Shown here: positions 1 through 18,192 of the stretch, piece by piece
Layout of the letters: every line of letters starts with the position of its first letter
How positions within the stretch are numbered: the stretch's first letter is position 1
Source of the DNA: Eledone cirrhosa
Lineage: Eukaryota
Assembly: GCA_964016885.1 (NCBI GenBank)
Contig: OZ024740.1
Span: forward strand, 348,130,001 to 348,194,000
Length of the DNA stretch: 64,000 nt
Reading direction: 5' to 3'
Notes under the pieces: generated by a model
Databases searched by the model: none
What the model saw: only the letters and a program-made list of their open reading frames with translations
What the model was told of the DNA's origin: nothing
Translations under genes and position numbers: made by a program

Positions 1-53
<53 letters not shown>

Positions 54-74
54 TATACATATATATATATATAT

Positions 75-181
<107 letters not shown>

Positions 182-283
182 TATGAAGTAATTCCATCGG
201 AAAAGTCCAGGAAAAAAGAGTGCTCTATGTAAGCAACAGAGCTTAATTATTATTATTATGTAATAAACAACATAAGGCAATTA

Positions 284-343
284 TTCCATTTACCAGTGGT
301 TTCTTAAAAGCAAAAGGTTTTGCTTTCAATCCTCAGAATGAAA
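284..343 (-). ncRNA. Hammerhead HHR-A1 copy in the inverted arm
   Basis: Reverse complement of 10474-10533. Confidence 0.88.
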
Positions 344-550
344 AATCCTGGTTTGTTTATTGAATATGGATTCTAAAAACGAAAATGCAATCTATATGAA
401 AGTGAGGCTGGAAAAGGGAGAAGGAAAGGAAAAATAAAATAAAATAAAACTACACATGCAAACACACACAAAAAAACCCAAAAACATACTTACACACACA
501 CACATATATACACATATAATTTGCACGCATACACATATACACATACACAT

Positions 551-589
<39 letters not shown>

Positions 590-690
590 CACATACATAC
601 ACATAGATATATATAAAGAGCGTACACCTACACACACATACACATATATATACACACATATACACATACATATATTCATACATACACACG

Positions 691-726
<36 letters not shown>

Positions 727-748
727 TATATATACACATGTACATATC

Positions 749-790
<42 letters not shown>

Positions 791-811
791 CATATACACA
801 CATACACATAT

Positions 812-847
<36 letters not shown>

Positions 848-1243
848 GTGTGTACAAGCCTACACATACACACACACATATATATACACACACATATACA
901 TACATTCACGCAAACATACAACGTACATACATACACATACATGAATGCACTCCACTACATATTAACGCAAATAAATATAAGAAAAAAATATATAAATAAT
1001 ATTAACAAATATTTATTTGACAGCGATACATGCCCCAGCTAACAGGACAGACACGCGTGGTAAGTAATACACACATAAGCGCATATACATACGTTCGAAA
1101 TAGTAAACACATACACACACTCTCACACATAAATATACATATACAAATACATAAACACGTACATACACATACATACGCAAACACGTACACGTATACAATA
1201 TAAACACACACATGTATATGTAATTATATACACACACACACAC

Positions 1244-1288
<45 letters not shown>

Positions 1289-1747
1289 CAAAAATATAAA
1301 AATATAAACGCACACACACATATATAAATACGTAAACACACATATACATACATAGCTAAACAATTATACACATGCAAATACGTATATATCAAAAGAACGC
1401 ACAACCAAATACAAACACACACACATATATACACACACACACACCCACACACAAACCCACACATACATAAAAATAAATAAAAACACACGCAACATATACA
1501 TACATACACGTACATATACATATATACACACATACACATACATATATATATATACACGCATATATATACACAAATATATATATATATATATATATACACA
1601 CGTACACGTACACATACACACATGCATACACATACACACACACATATACATGTGTGTATGTGTAAAGCTCAGTATTAGATAAGACAAATGAACCTTACAT
1701 AAACGTATATATAGTAGTAAAGTAATAAAGCCATACAAGGCAATTAA

Positions 1748-1805
1748 TCCATTCACCAGAGGTTTCTTAAAAGCAAAAAAAGTTTCCTTCAATCTTCAGA
1801 ATGAA
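1748..1805 (-). ncRNA. Hammerhead variant HHR-A2 copy in the inverted arm
   Basis: Reverse complement of 8990-9047. Confidence 0.75.
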
Positions 1806-2193
1806 ATATACAAATATATACACACATACAGACACGCACACACACATATATATATATACATATATATATACATGTACATATATATATATATATATATATA
1901 CAGACATATATACACACATACACACACATACATATACACACATACATACACATATATATACATACACAAACATATACGTACACATATACATATATACACA
2001 CAAAAATACATACACATACACATAGGTATGTGAAGGGCAAAACAAAAAGAATATATGGGGTGGGGGGCCTAGAGGAGGTAAAAATATAAAGGGAGGTAAG
2101 GGAGAAAAAAATATATTTTTTAAAATACAAGAGTACAGAAGGTAGAAGCAGCAAAATAAAAGCCGTAGCAAAAGTAAAGAGCAGAGAAGGAGT

Positions 2194-3728
2194 TCAAGGC
2201 GGTTGATTTATCGTAGGAGTGTCAATCCAGTTACAGATCAGATGCGATTTCAGATGAGGACAGCATCTGAAGATCTCAGTCTTAGAGTTAAGGCAAGCGG
2301 AAGTGTCTCTCAAGTTTAGCAAAATCCTATACTTTTCTGTGGTACACAAAGAACAATTCTTTGTGCCCCTTTGGTACTCCCTCGAATGGTCTAATATAGA
2401 CCAATCAATAGAGTACGGGATATTACTATCCTTGAGATCCCATACCTTACTTGCGAGGGCCGTTGATGTTCGTTTATCTGAGTGTTTAAAAGAAGCGACA
2501 TGTGAGTAAAATCTGGTTTTAAACCTGTCCTGGGTCATACCGACATATCGCTCGCTTCTGGCTGGCTGGTTGTTGATAACTGGCGTTATTTTAGCCTCAT
2601 AAACGACAGATTTTGTTTTACATTTACCCTGCAATGGGCATTCATCCGGCTTCCTGCAACTGCATCCTGGATTTATCCTCGTACGGTTTGAACTGGTGAT
2701 TTTGGATTTCATGGATGGACAACAAGAGTAGCTGATCTTAACTACATTCCTATTAAAAATCTTATAATATCTATGAATAGGAGGAAAATGTTTGTCTAAT
2801 AGTTCAAGGAATTTCCTTCCTACATTAGTTTTGACATTTAGAGAGAAGGGGGGTGTGAACCAAATAATCTTCCTTTTCCTGTTATTATGGTTAGTTTTAG
2901 GGGGGGGGGAATAGGTAAATAAGAAATATTTTCTGTAAAACCGCTGTTCTTAAGGGCTTTATTATAATAAGGGGCGGCTTTATTAAAAATGTCTATAGAC
3001 GAAGATAAAGTAGAAATCCTACGGCTAATGTTAGGAATAAGATTTTTAAAAACTATAGGGGGATGGCAAGACTCTTTGTGTATATACCTAAGATTTTCAT
3101 TAGGTTTATGATAGGGTTTAAAAGAGGCAGTAAGTAGATCAAGATTAATATCAAGAAAGTTAGCATTAGTAAGGTTCGTATCTATAGTAATTTTAAGGTT
3201 AAGATTAGCAAAGGTACTAATTAAATCTTTACGGAATTTATCAAGATTATGGCCATTGGTGGTATGAGAAACTGCTAATCCGTCATCACGGTATAAACCG
3301 ATATTATGGGACGGAAATTTCTCTTTGAGTGTGTGGAGAAGGAATAATCCTACTAAGTCGCACACATCCGCACTGTCATAAGAACCCATTGCAACATCGA
3401 AAGAGTTTTCAGGGTTTGACTTTTTAACCCAAATCTTATCATTAGTAAAAAGTAAAGTTTTTCTGGCATGAAAGATAATGTCCTCTTCTAATTTGGAGAT
3501 ATTAATGAAGGGTCTTGCAAAATCTAAGGCTTTAGTTAATAAGGAAACGGTAATAGAAGGGTAAAAATCGACAATATCAAATTGCGTAAATCTACACTTA
3601 TTTTTACCTTGTATATTATTGAACCAAGAAATAACAGAGGAAGTATTTAGCCACTGTGAAAGGACAGTGTTAGTTCTAATTTGGATAATTATTTTTCTTA
3701 AGATTTTCTTACTAGCAAGGCCAACCTC
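2194..3728 (-). pseudogene. 5'-truncated inverted copy of the PLE-A ORF (RT + EN), frameshifted at a homopolymer
   Basis: Reverse complement of 7069-8601. G10 run at 2900-2909 versus C8 in the intact copy splits it into ORFs 2838-3389 and 2194-2712. Confidence 0.92.
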
Positions 3729-4703
3729 CTATCCATAGATATTATAAGATTTTTAATAGGAATGTAGTTAAGATCAGCTACTCTTGTTGTCCATCCATGA
3801 AATCCAAAATCACCAGTTCAAACCGTACGAGGATAAATCCAGGATGCAGTTGCAGGAAGCCGGATGAATGCCCATTGCAGGGTAAATGTAAAACAAAATC
3901 TGTCGTTTATGAGGCTAAAATAACGCCAGTTATCAACAACCAGCCAGCCAGAAGCGAGCGATATGTCGGTATGACCCAGGACAGGTTTAAAACCAGATTT
4001 TACTCACATGTCGCTTCTTTTAAACACTCAGATAAACGAACATCAACGGCCCTCGCAAGTAAGGTATGGGATCTCAAGGATAGTAATATCCCGTACTCTA
4101 TTGATTGGTCTATATTAGACCATTCGAGGGAGTACCAAAGGGGCACAAAGAATTGTTCTTTGTGTACCACAGAAAAGTATAGGATTTTGCTAAACTTGAG
4201 AGACACTTCCGCTTGCCTTAACTCTAAGACTGAGATCTTCAGATGCTGTCCTCATCTGAAATCGCATCTGATCTGTAACTGGATTGACACTCCTACGATA
4301 AATCAACCGCCTTGAACTCCTTCTCTGCTCTTTACTTTTGCTACGGCTTTTATTTTGCTGCTTCTACCTTCTGTACTCTTGTATTTTAAAAAATATATTT
4401 TTTTCTCCCTTACCTCCCTTTATATTTTTACCTCCTCTAGGCCCCCCACCCCATATATTCTTTTTGTTTTGCCCTTCACATACCTATGTGTATGTGTATG
4501 TATTTTTGTGTGTATATATGTATATGTGTACGTATATGTTTGTGTATGTATATATATGTGTATGTATGTGTGTATATGTATGTGTGTGTATGTGTGTATA
4601 TATGTCTGTATATATATATATATATATATATGTACATGTATATATATATGTATATATATATATGTGTGTGTGCGTGTCTGTATGTGTGTATATATTTGTA
4701 TAT

Positions 4704-4761
4704 TTCATTCTGAAGATTGAAGGAAACTTTTTTTGCTTTTAAGAAACCTCTGGTGAATGGA
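4704..4761 (+). ncRNA. Hammerhead variant HHR-A2 copy in the upstream pLTR
   Basis: Identical to 8990-9047. Confidence 0.75.
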
Positions 4762-4907
4762 TTAATTGCCTTGTATGGCTTTATTACTTTACTACTATAT
4801 ATACGTTTATGTAAGGTTCATTTGTCTTATCTAATACTGAGCTTTACACATACACACATGTATATGTGTGTGTGTATGTGTATGCATGTGTGTATGTGTA
4901 CGTGTAC

Positions 4908-4943
<36 letters not shown>

Positions 4944-5224
4944 GTATATATATGCGTGTATATATATATATGTATGTGTATGTGTGTATATATGTATATG
5001 TACGTGTATGTATGTATATGTTGCGTGTGTTTTTATTTATTTTTATGTATGTGTGGGTTTGTGTGTGGGTGTGTGTGTGTGTATATATGTGTGTGTGTTT
5101 GTATTTGGTTGTGCGTTCTTTTGATATATACGTATTTGCATGTGTATAATTGTTTAGCTATGTATGTATATGTGTGTTTACGTATTTATATATGTGTGTG
5201 TGCGTTTATATTTTTATATTTTTG

Positions 5225-5271
<47 letters not shown>

Positions 5272-5667
5272 GTGTGTGTGTGTGTATATAATAACATATA
5301 CATGTGTGTGTTTATATTGTATACGTGTACGTGTTTGCGTATGTATGTGTATGTACGTGTTTATGTATTTGTATATGTATATTTATGTGTGAGAGTGTGT
5401 GTATGTGTTTACTATTTCGAACGTATGTATATGCGCTTATGTGTGTATTACTTACCACGCGTGTCTGTCCTGTTAGCTGGGGCATGTATCGCTGTCAAAT
5501 ATTTGTTAATATTATTTATATATTTTTTTCTTATATTTATTTGCGTGTGTTAATATGTAGTGGAGTGCATTCATGTATGTGTATGTATGTACGTTGTATG
5601 TTTGTGTGAATGTATGTATATGTGTGTGTATATATATGTGTGTGTGTATGTGTAGGCTTGTACACAC

Positions 5668-5705
<38 letters not shown>

Positions 5706-5728
5706 ATATGTGTATATGTGTGTATATG

Positions 5729-5781
<53 letters not shown>

Positions 5782-5814
5782 GTATGGATATGTACATGTG
5801 TATATATATGTATA

Positions 5815-5846
<32 letters not shown>

Positions 5847-5935
5847 CGTGTGTATGTATGTGTATATATGTGTGTATATATATGTGTATGTGTGTGTAGG
5901 TGTACGCTCTTTTTTTATATATATATATGTGTATG

Positions 5936-5974
<39 letters not shown>

Positions 5975-6189
5975 GTATATGTATGTGTATGTGTATGTGT
6001 GTATGCGTGCAAATTATATGTGTATATATGTGTGTGTGTGTAAGTATGCTTTTGGGTTTTTTTGTGTGTGTTTGCATGTGTAGTTTTATTTTATTTTATT
6101 TTTCCTTTCCTTCTCCCTTTTCCAGCCTCACTTTCATATAGATTGCATTTTCGTTTTTAGAATCCATATTCAATAAACAAACCAGGATT

Positions 6190-6249
6190 TTTCATTCTGA
6201 GGATTGAAAGCAAAACCTTTTGCTTTTAAGAAACCACTGGTAAATGGAA
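6190..6249 (+). ncRNA. Hammerhead HHR-A1 copy in the upstream pLTR
   Basis: Identical to 10474-10533. Confidence 0.88.
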
Positions 6250-6468
6250 TAATTGCCTTATGTTGTTTATTACATAATAATAATAATTAAGCTCTGTTGC
6301 TTACATAGAGCACTCTTTTTTCCTGGACTTTTCCGATGGAATTACTTCATTTATACAGCTCCAACCGGGATTGATCGCAGCATATTCGATATTACATATA
6401 CGATTGGCACTTTCCAGCCCGATTAGTTGAGCACTCTACAGTTTTCAGGAATTTAACCAACATACACC

Positions 6469-8601
6469 ATGGACCTTTATGATTTGGATTATTCTATCTA
6501 AAACATACCCACTCCTTCCAACACAACATACACCAAAATCCTCATTGATAAAATCGAGCAAGTCGTTAAAAGAATGAGATGGAAGGCAATGGTTTACGAT
6601 GGACTATTCAGTGCTGATACTAAAGATAATTTTGACATTAAATCCCGTAAATATCCACCTAGAATTAAAGATATGGCCAACTTCGAATTAGACCTCGTTA
6701 ATCTAATTAGTGATATCAAATTTCGTAAGTACAATAATAATTTTCAAACTAAACTTTCTCACGATATCTCTAATTTTAGAAATTCTACAAACACTTTTGT
6801 TCTTTCTGATAAAACCAAAAACCTCTTTGAAGTTAATAGTAATTTGTATAACCAACTTTTAACTAATAGTATTACCAATAAATATCAATTAACTAATAAT
6901 AATAGCTACAATACTATCAATAAAGAAGCTAAAGAACTAGCTAGTTCTTTACAAATAGATAACCGGATTGAAAGCTTAGCTAAGCGTAAAGCATATATTA
7001 CCCTTAAAGACCATAAATTGGACTTTACTAATCGACCTAGTTGTAGACTGATTAACCCGGCTAAATCCGAGGTTGGCCTTGCTAGTAAGAAAATCTTAAG
7101 AAAAATAATTATCCAAATTAGAACTAACACTGTCCTTTCACAGTGGCTAAATACTTCCTCTGTTATTTCTTGGTTCAATAATATACAAGGTAAAAATAAG
7201 TGTAGATTTACGCAATTTGATATTGTCGATTTTTACCCTTCTATTACCGTTTCCTTATTAACTAAAGCCTTAGATTTTGCAAGACCCTTCATTAATATCT
7301 CCAAATTAGAAGAGGACATTATCTTTCATGCCAGAAAAACTTTACTTTTTACTAATGATAAGATTTGGGTTAAAAAGTCAAACCCTGAAAACTCTTTCGA
7401 TGTTGCAATGGGTTCTTATGACAGTGCGGATGTGTGCGACTTAGTAGGATTATTCCTTCTCCACACACTCAAAGAGAAATTTCCGTCCCATAATATCGGT
7501 TTATACCGTGATGACGGATTAGCAGTTTCTCATACCACCAATGGCCATAATCTTGATAAATTCCGTAAAGATTTAATTAGTACCTTTGCTAATCTTAACC
7601 TTAAAATTACTATAGATACGAACCTTACTAATGCTAACTTTCTTGATATTAATCTTGATCTACTTACTGCCTCTTTTAAACCCTATCATAAACCTAATGA
7701 AAATCTTAGGTATATACACAAAGAGTCTTGCCATCCCCCTATAGTTTTTAAAAATCTTATTCCTAACATTAGCCGTAGGATTTCTACTTTATCTTCGTCT
7801 ATAGACATTTTTAATAAAGCCGCCCCTTATTATAATAAAGCCCTTAAGAACAGCGGTTTTACAGAAAATATTTCTTATTTACCTATTCCCCCCCCTAAAA
7901 CTAACCATAATAACAGGAAAAGGAAGATTATTTGGTTCACACCCCCCTTCTCTCTAAATGTCAAAACTAATGTAGGAAGGAAATTCCTTGAACTATTAGA
8001 CAAACATTTTCCTCCTATTCATAGATATTATAAGATTTTTAATAGGAATGTAGTTAAGATCAGCTACTCTTGTTGTCCATCCATGAAATCCAAAATCACC
8101 AGTTCAAACCGTACGAGGATAAATCCAGGATGCAGTTGCAGGAAGCCGGATGAATGCCCATTGCAGGGTAAATGTAAAACAAAATCTGTCGTTTATGAGG
8201 CTAAAATAACGCCAGTTATCAACAACCAGCCAGCCAGAAGCGAGCGATATGTCGGTATGACCCAGGACAGGTTTAAAACCAGATTTTACTCACATGTCGC
8301 TTCTTTTAAACACTCAGATAAACGAACATCAACGGCCCTCGCAAGTAAGGTATGGGATCTCAAGGATAGTAATATCCCGTACTCTATTGATTGGTCTATA
8401 TTAGACCATTCGAGGGAGTACCAAAGGGGCACAAAGAATTGTTCTTTGTGTACCACAGAAAAGTATAGGATTTTGCTAAACTTGAGAGACACTTCCGCTT
8501 GCCTTAACTCTAAGACTGAGATCTTCAGATGCTGTCCTCATCTGAAATCGCATCTGATCTGTAACTGGATTGACACTCCTACGATAAATCAACCGCCTTG
8601 A
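6469..8601 (+). CDS. PLE polyprotein: reverse transcriptase + C-terminal GIY-YIG endonuclease; probable start ATG 6469, in-frame TAA at 6499; open 675 aa from 6574
   Basis: RT motifs FDIVDFYPSI, AMGSYDSA, YRDD, FLDINL. EN motif VVY...YVGMT...FKTR. CxCx5C linker (CSCRKPDEC), CxxC (CSLC), terminal KTEIFRCCPH. Upstream in-frame reading MDLYDLDYSI*NIPTPS...KRMRWKA. Confidence 0.93.
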
Positions 8602-8989
8602 ACTCCTTCTCTGCTCTTTACTTTTGCTACGGCTTTTATTTTGCTGCTTCTACCTTCTGTACTCTTGTATTTTAAAAAATATATTTTTTTCTCCCTTACC
8701 TCCCTTTATATTTTTACCTCCTCTAGGCCCCCCACCCCATATATTCTTTTTGTTTTGCCCTTCACATACCTATGTGTATGTGTATGTATTTTTGTGTGTA
8801 TATATGTATATGTGTACGTATATGTTTGTGTATGTATATATATGTGTATGTATGTGTGTATATGTATGTGTGTGTATGTGTGTATATATGTCTGTATATA
8901 TATATATATATATATATGTACATGTATATATATATGTATATATATATATGTGTGTGTGCGTGTCTGTATGTGTGTATATATTTGTATAT

Positions 8990-9047
8990 TTCATTCTGAA
9001 GATTGAAGGAAACTTTTTTTGCTTTTAAGAAACCTCTGGTGAATGGA
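8990..9047 (+). ncRNA. Type I hammerhead variant, proximal (HHR-A2), non-canonical GUG triplet
   Basis: TTCATT-CTGAAGA-TTGAAGG...CTTTTAA-GAA-ACC-TCT-GGT-G-AATGGA. Paralogous to HHR-A1, but position 17 is G. Confidence 0.75.
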
Positions 9048-9506
9048 TTAATTGCCTTGTATGGCTTTATTACTTTACTACTATATATACGTTTATGTAA
9101 GGTTCATTTGTCTTATCTAATACTGAGCTTTACACATACACACATGTATATGTGTGTGTGTATGTGTATGCATGTGTGTATGTGTACGTGTACGTGTGTA
9201 TATATATATATATATATATATATTTGTGTATATATGCGTGTATATATATATATGTATGTGTATGTGTGTATATATGTATATGTACGTGTATGTATGTATA
9301 TGTTGCGTGTGTTTTTATTTATTTTTATGTATGTGTGGGTTTGTGTGTGGGTGTGTGTGTGTGTATATATGTGTGTGTGTTTGTATTTGGTTGTGCGTTC
9401 TTTTGATATATACGTATTTGCATGTGTATAATTGTTTAGCTATGTATGTATATGTGTGTTTACGTATTTATATATGTGTGTGTGCGTTTATATTTTTATA
9501 TTTTTG

Positions 9507-9553
<47 letters not shown>

Positions 9554-9949
9554 GTGTGTGTGTGTGTATATAATTACATATACATGTGTGTGTTTATATT
9601 GTATACGTGTACGTGTTTGCGTATGTATGTGTATGTACGTGTTTATGTATTTGTATATGTATATTTATGTGTGAGAGTGTGTGTATGTGTTTACTATTTC
9701 GAACGTATGTATATGCGCTTATGTGTGTATTACTTACCACGCGTGTCTGTCCTGTTAGCTGGGGCATGTATCGCTGTCAAATATTTGTTAATATTATTTA
9801 TATATTTTTTTCTTATATTTATTTGCGTGTGTTAATATGTAGTGGAGTGCATTCATGTATGTGTATGTATGTACGTTGTATGTTTGTGTGAATGTATGTA
9901 TATGTGTGTGTATATATATGTGTGTGTGTATGTGTAGGCTTGTACACAC

Positions 9950-9987
<38 letters not shown>

Positions 9988-10010
9988 ATATGTGTATATG
10001 TGTGTATATG

Positions 10011-10065
<55 letters not shown>

Positions 10066-10098
10066 GTATGGATATGTACATGTGTATATATATGTATA

Positions 10099-10130
<32 letters not shown>

Positions 10131-10219
10131 CGTGTGTATGTATGTGTATATATGTGTGTATATATATGTGTATGTGTGTGTAGGTGTACGCTCTTTTTTT
10201 ATATATATATATGTGTATG

Positions 10220-10258
<39 letters not shown>

Positions 10259-10473
10259 GTATATGTATGTGTATGTGTATGTGTGTATGCGTGCAAATTA
10301 TATGTGTATATATGTGTGTGTGTGTAAGTATGCTTTTGGGTTTTTTTGTGTGTGTTTGCATGTGTAGTTTTATTTTATTTTATTTTTCCTTTCCTTCTCC
10401 CTTTTCCAGCCTCACTTTCATATAGATTGCATTTTCGTTTTTAGAATCCATATTCAATAAACAAACCAGGATT

Positions 10474-10533
10474 TTTCATTCTGAGGATTGAAAGCAAAAC
10501 CTTTTGCTTTTAAGAAACCACTGGTAAATGGAA
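10474..10533 (+). ncRNA. Type I hammerhead ribozyme, distal (HHR-A1), GUA cleavage predicted after 10526
   Basis: Stem I TTTCATT/AATGGAA; core CTGAGGA; stem II TTGAAAGCAAAA-CC-TTTTGCTTTTAA; GAA; near-palindromic stem III ACCA-C-TGGT; H17 = A. Confidence 0.88.
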
Positions 10534-10847
10534 TAATTGCCTTATGTTGTTTATTACATAATAATAATAATTAAGCTCTGTTGCTTACATAGAGCACTCT
10601 TTTTTCCTGGACTTTTCCGATGGAATTACTTCATTTACACATATATATATATATATGTATATATGTATATATATATATATATGTATATATATGTATATAT
10701 ATATATATATGTATATATATGTATATATATATATGTATATATATGTATATGTATATATATGTATATATATGTATATATATGTATATATATGTGTATATAT
10801 ATATATATGTATATATGTATATATATGTATATATATGTATATATATG

Positions 10848-10898
<51 letters not shown>

Positions 10899-10907
10899 GT
10901 ATATATA

Positions 10908-10972
<65 letters not shown>

Positions 10973-11322
10973 GTATATATATGTATATATATATATATAT
11001 ATGTATATATATGTATATATGTATATATATATATATGTATATATATGTATATATATATATATATGAATTAGTTTTGCGAGGTTTTTTATATGAAATCGTG
11101 TGTCGAAACAGATATTGTTATATTTGGGGAGGGTCATATTTGCGTAATATTGCCAGAATTAATAACAGAACACACTCACTGTTTGTTTGGTTTTCGCTTC
11201 TCGCTGTCTTTTATATATATATATCTGCGATCTAACTTACTCGGTCCTCAATGTTGCCATTGACTGACGGCGGTCAAAAATAATACAGATACAATATAGA
11301 CAAACACATATATATATAGTTT

Positions 11323-11362
11323 ACATAAATCTTTCGTTGCACATCTGCAACATCGTCAGTGG
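11323..11362 (-). ncRNA. Minimal type I hammerhead of PLE-B (weak stem I)
   Basis: CCA-CTGACGA-T-GTTGCA-GATG-TGCAAC-GAAA-GATT-TA-TGT. Aligns motif for motif with the better-paired HHR at 54349-54391. Confidence 0.65.
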
Positions 11363-11631
11363 TGTTATATTCATTGTTCCTCCTGTTGTGTTGTATGTCT
11401 ACGCCATTTTTTTTGTTCAGTCTGTCTATATATTTATTTATTTATTTGCTTGTTTGTTTATCTTATTTTATTTTGTCTTTTTTGCGCATGCGTTTGCGTG
11501 TGTGTATAGTGTTATGTGTGATGTGTGACTAGTGTGTATAGTGTTGTGTCTGCTGGGTGACTAGTGTGTGTTTATGTGCTTGTGTATGTATTTATTTATC
11601 TTATTTTATTTAATTTAATTTACTTATTTAT

Positions 11632-12015
11632 TTATACTTCTCTTAGGTCAGTGTTGTTTGTTTGGGTGTTGTTGTTGTTCCACTCATTCTTTCTGTTTAG
11701 CTTTGGTCTTCTAATTTCTATTTCACTGGCCTCTCTGATTTGCCTATCTGCTGGGTCATTCCTATGTTTAGATATTATTCTAATTTCTATGTTGTCTATG
11801 TTACCGTCATGATGTTGTCTAGCATGTTCGTATAGTACTGACCCGTTTTTTCGTCCTTTTAGTTCCCCCCAGTGTTGGTCTATCCTTTCACCTATGCTAC
11901 GAGCTGTCTCACCTATGTATGTTGTTGTCGTGTTTCTGCAAGTACCCTCTGTACATCTTATGCTATAGACTACGTTTCTAGTTTTACAGTTTATCCGGGG
12001 GTTCACCTTACATAT
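11632..12015 (-). pseudogene. GIY-YIG endonuclease domain fragment of PLE-B
   Basis: VVY/YIG motifs with conserved R, E and Cys/His residues. The first about 25 aa of the tracked ORF come from the inverted arm and are not real coding sequence. Confidence 0.88.
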
Positions 12016-12225
12016 GTAAACTATATATATATGTGTTTGTCTATATTGTATCTGTATTATTTTTGACCGCCGGTCAGTCAATGGCAACATTGAGGACCGA
12101 GTAAGTTAGATCGCAGATATATATATATAAAAGACAGCGAGAAGCGAAAACCAACCAAACAGTGAGTGTGTTCTGTTATTAATTCTGGCAATATTACGCA
12201 AATATGACCCTCCCCAAATATAACA

Positions 12226-18190
<5,965 letters not shown>

Positions 18191-18192
18191 AT

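Larger units (their letters stand above)
3725..6353 (+). repeat. Upstream pseudo-LTR of PLE-A (direct repeat of 8011-10637)
   Basis: Direct repeat at an offset of about 4285, containing EN coding sequence, a microsatellite-rich UTR and both hammerhead motifs. Confidence 0.93.
183..10637. mobile_element. Composite Penelope-like element (family A, Hydra-clade-like): inverted 5'-truncated arm (183-3728, -), pseudo-LTR (3725-6353, +), full unit (6354-10637, +)
   Basis: Three near-identical copies of the EN + 3' UTR segment (the same 172-aa EN peptide at 2194-2712 -, 3797-4315 +, and the end of the 675-aa ORF). All end in ...TTCCGATGGAATTACTTCAT. Both outer ends run into (TA)n. Partial-tandem pLTR plus inverted arm is typical PLE architecture. 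Confidence 0.95.
11065..12229 (-). mobile_element. 5'-truncated PLE (family B): GIY-YIG fragment + 3' UTR + inverted 217-bp terminal arm
   Basis: Minus ORF ICKVNPRINCKTRNVVYSIRC...YIGETARSIGERIDQH...HARQHH...REASEI. Inverted repeat 11112-11327 / 12013-12229. Homologous to 54197-56231. Flanked by (TA)n. Confidence 0.9.

Noticed and set aside
6574-8601. Selenocysteine or N-terminal-EN (Naiad-type) PLE, telomerase, or group II intron RT
   Set aside because: The EN is C-terminal, there is no in-frame TGA (the upstream stop is TAA), and the pLTR structure and motifs fit a GIY-YIG PLE.
11112-12229. DNA transposon with TIRs carrying a GIY-YIG gene
   Set aside because: The arms are asymmetric, the EN is 5'-truncated, and the arm matches the 3' terminus of the RT-containing PLE at 54 kb; better explained as a PLE inversion.
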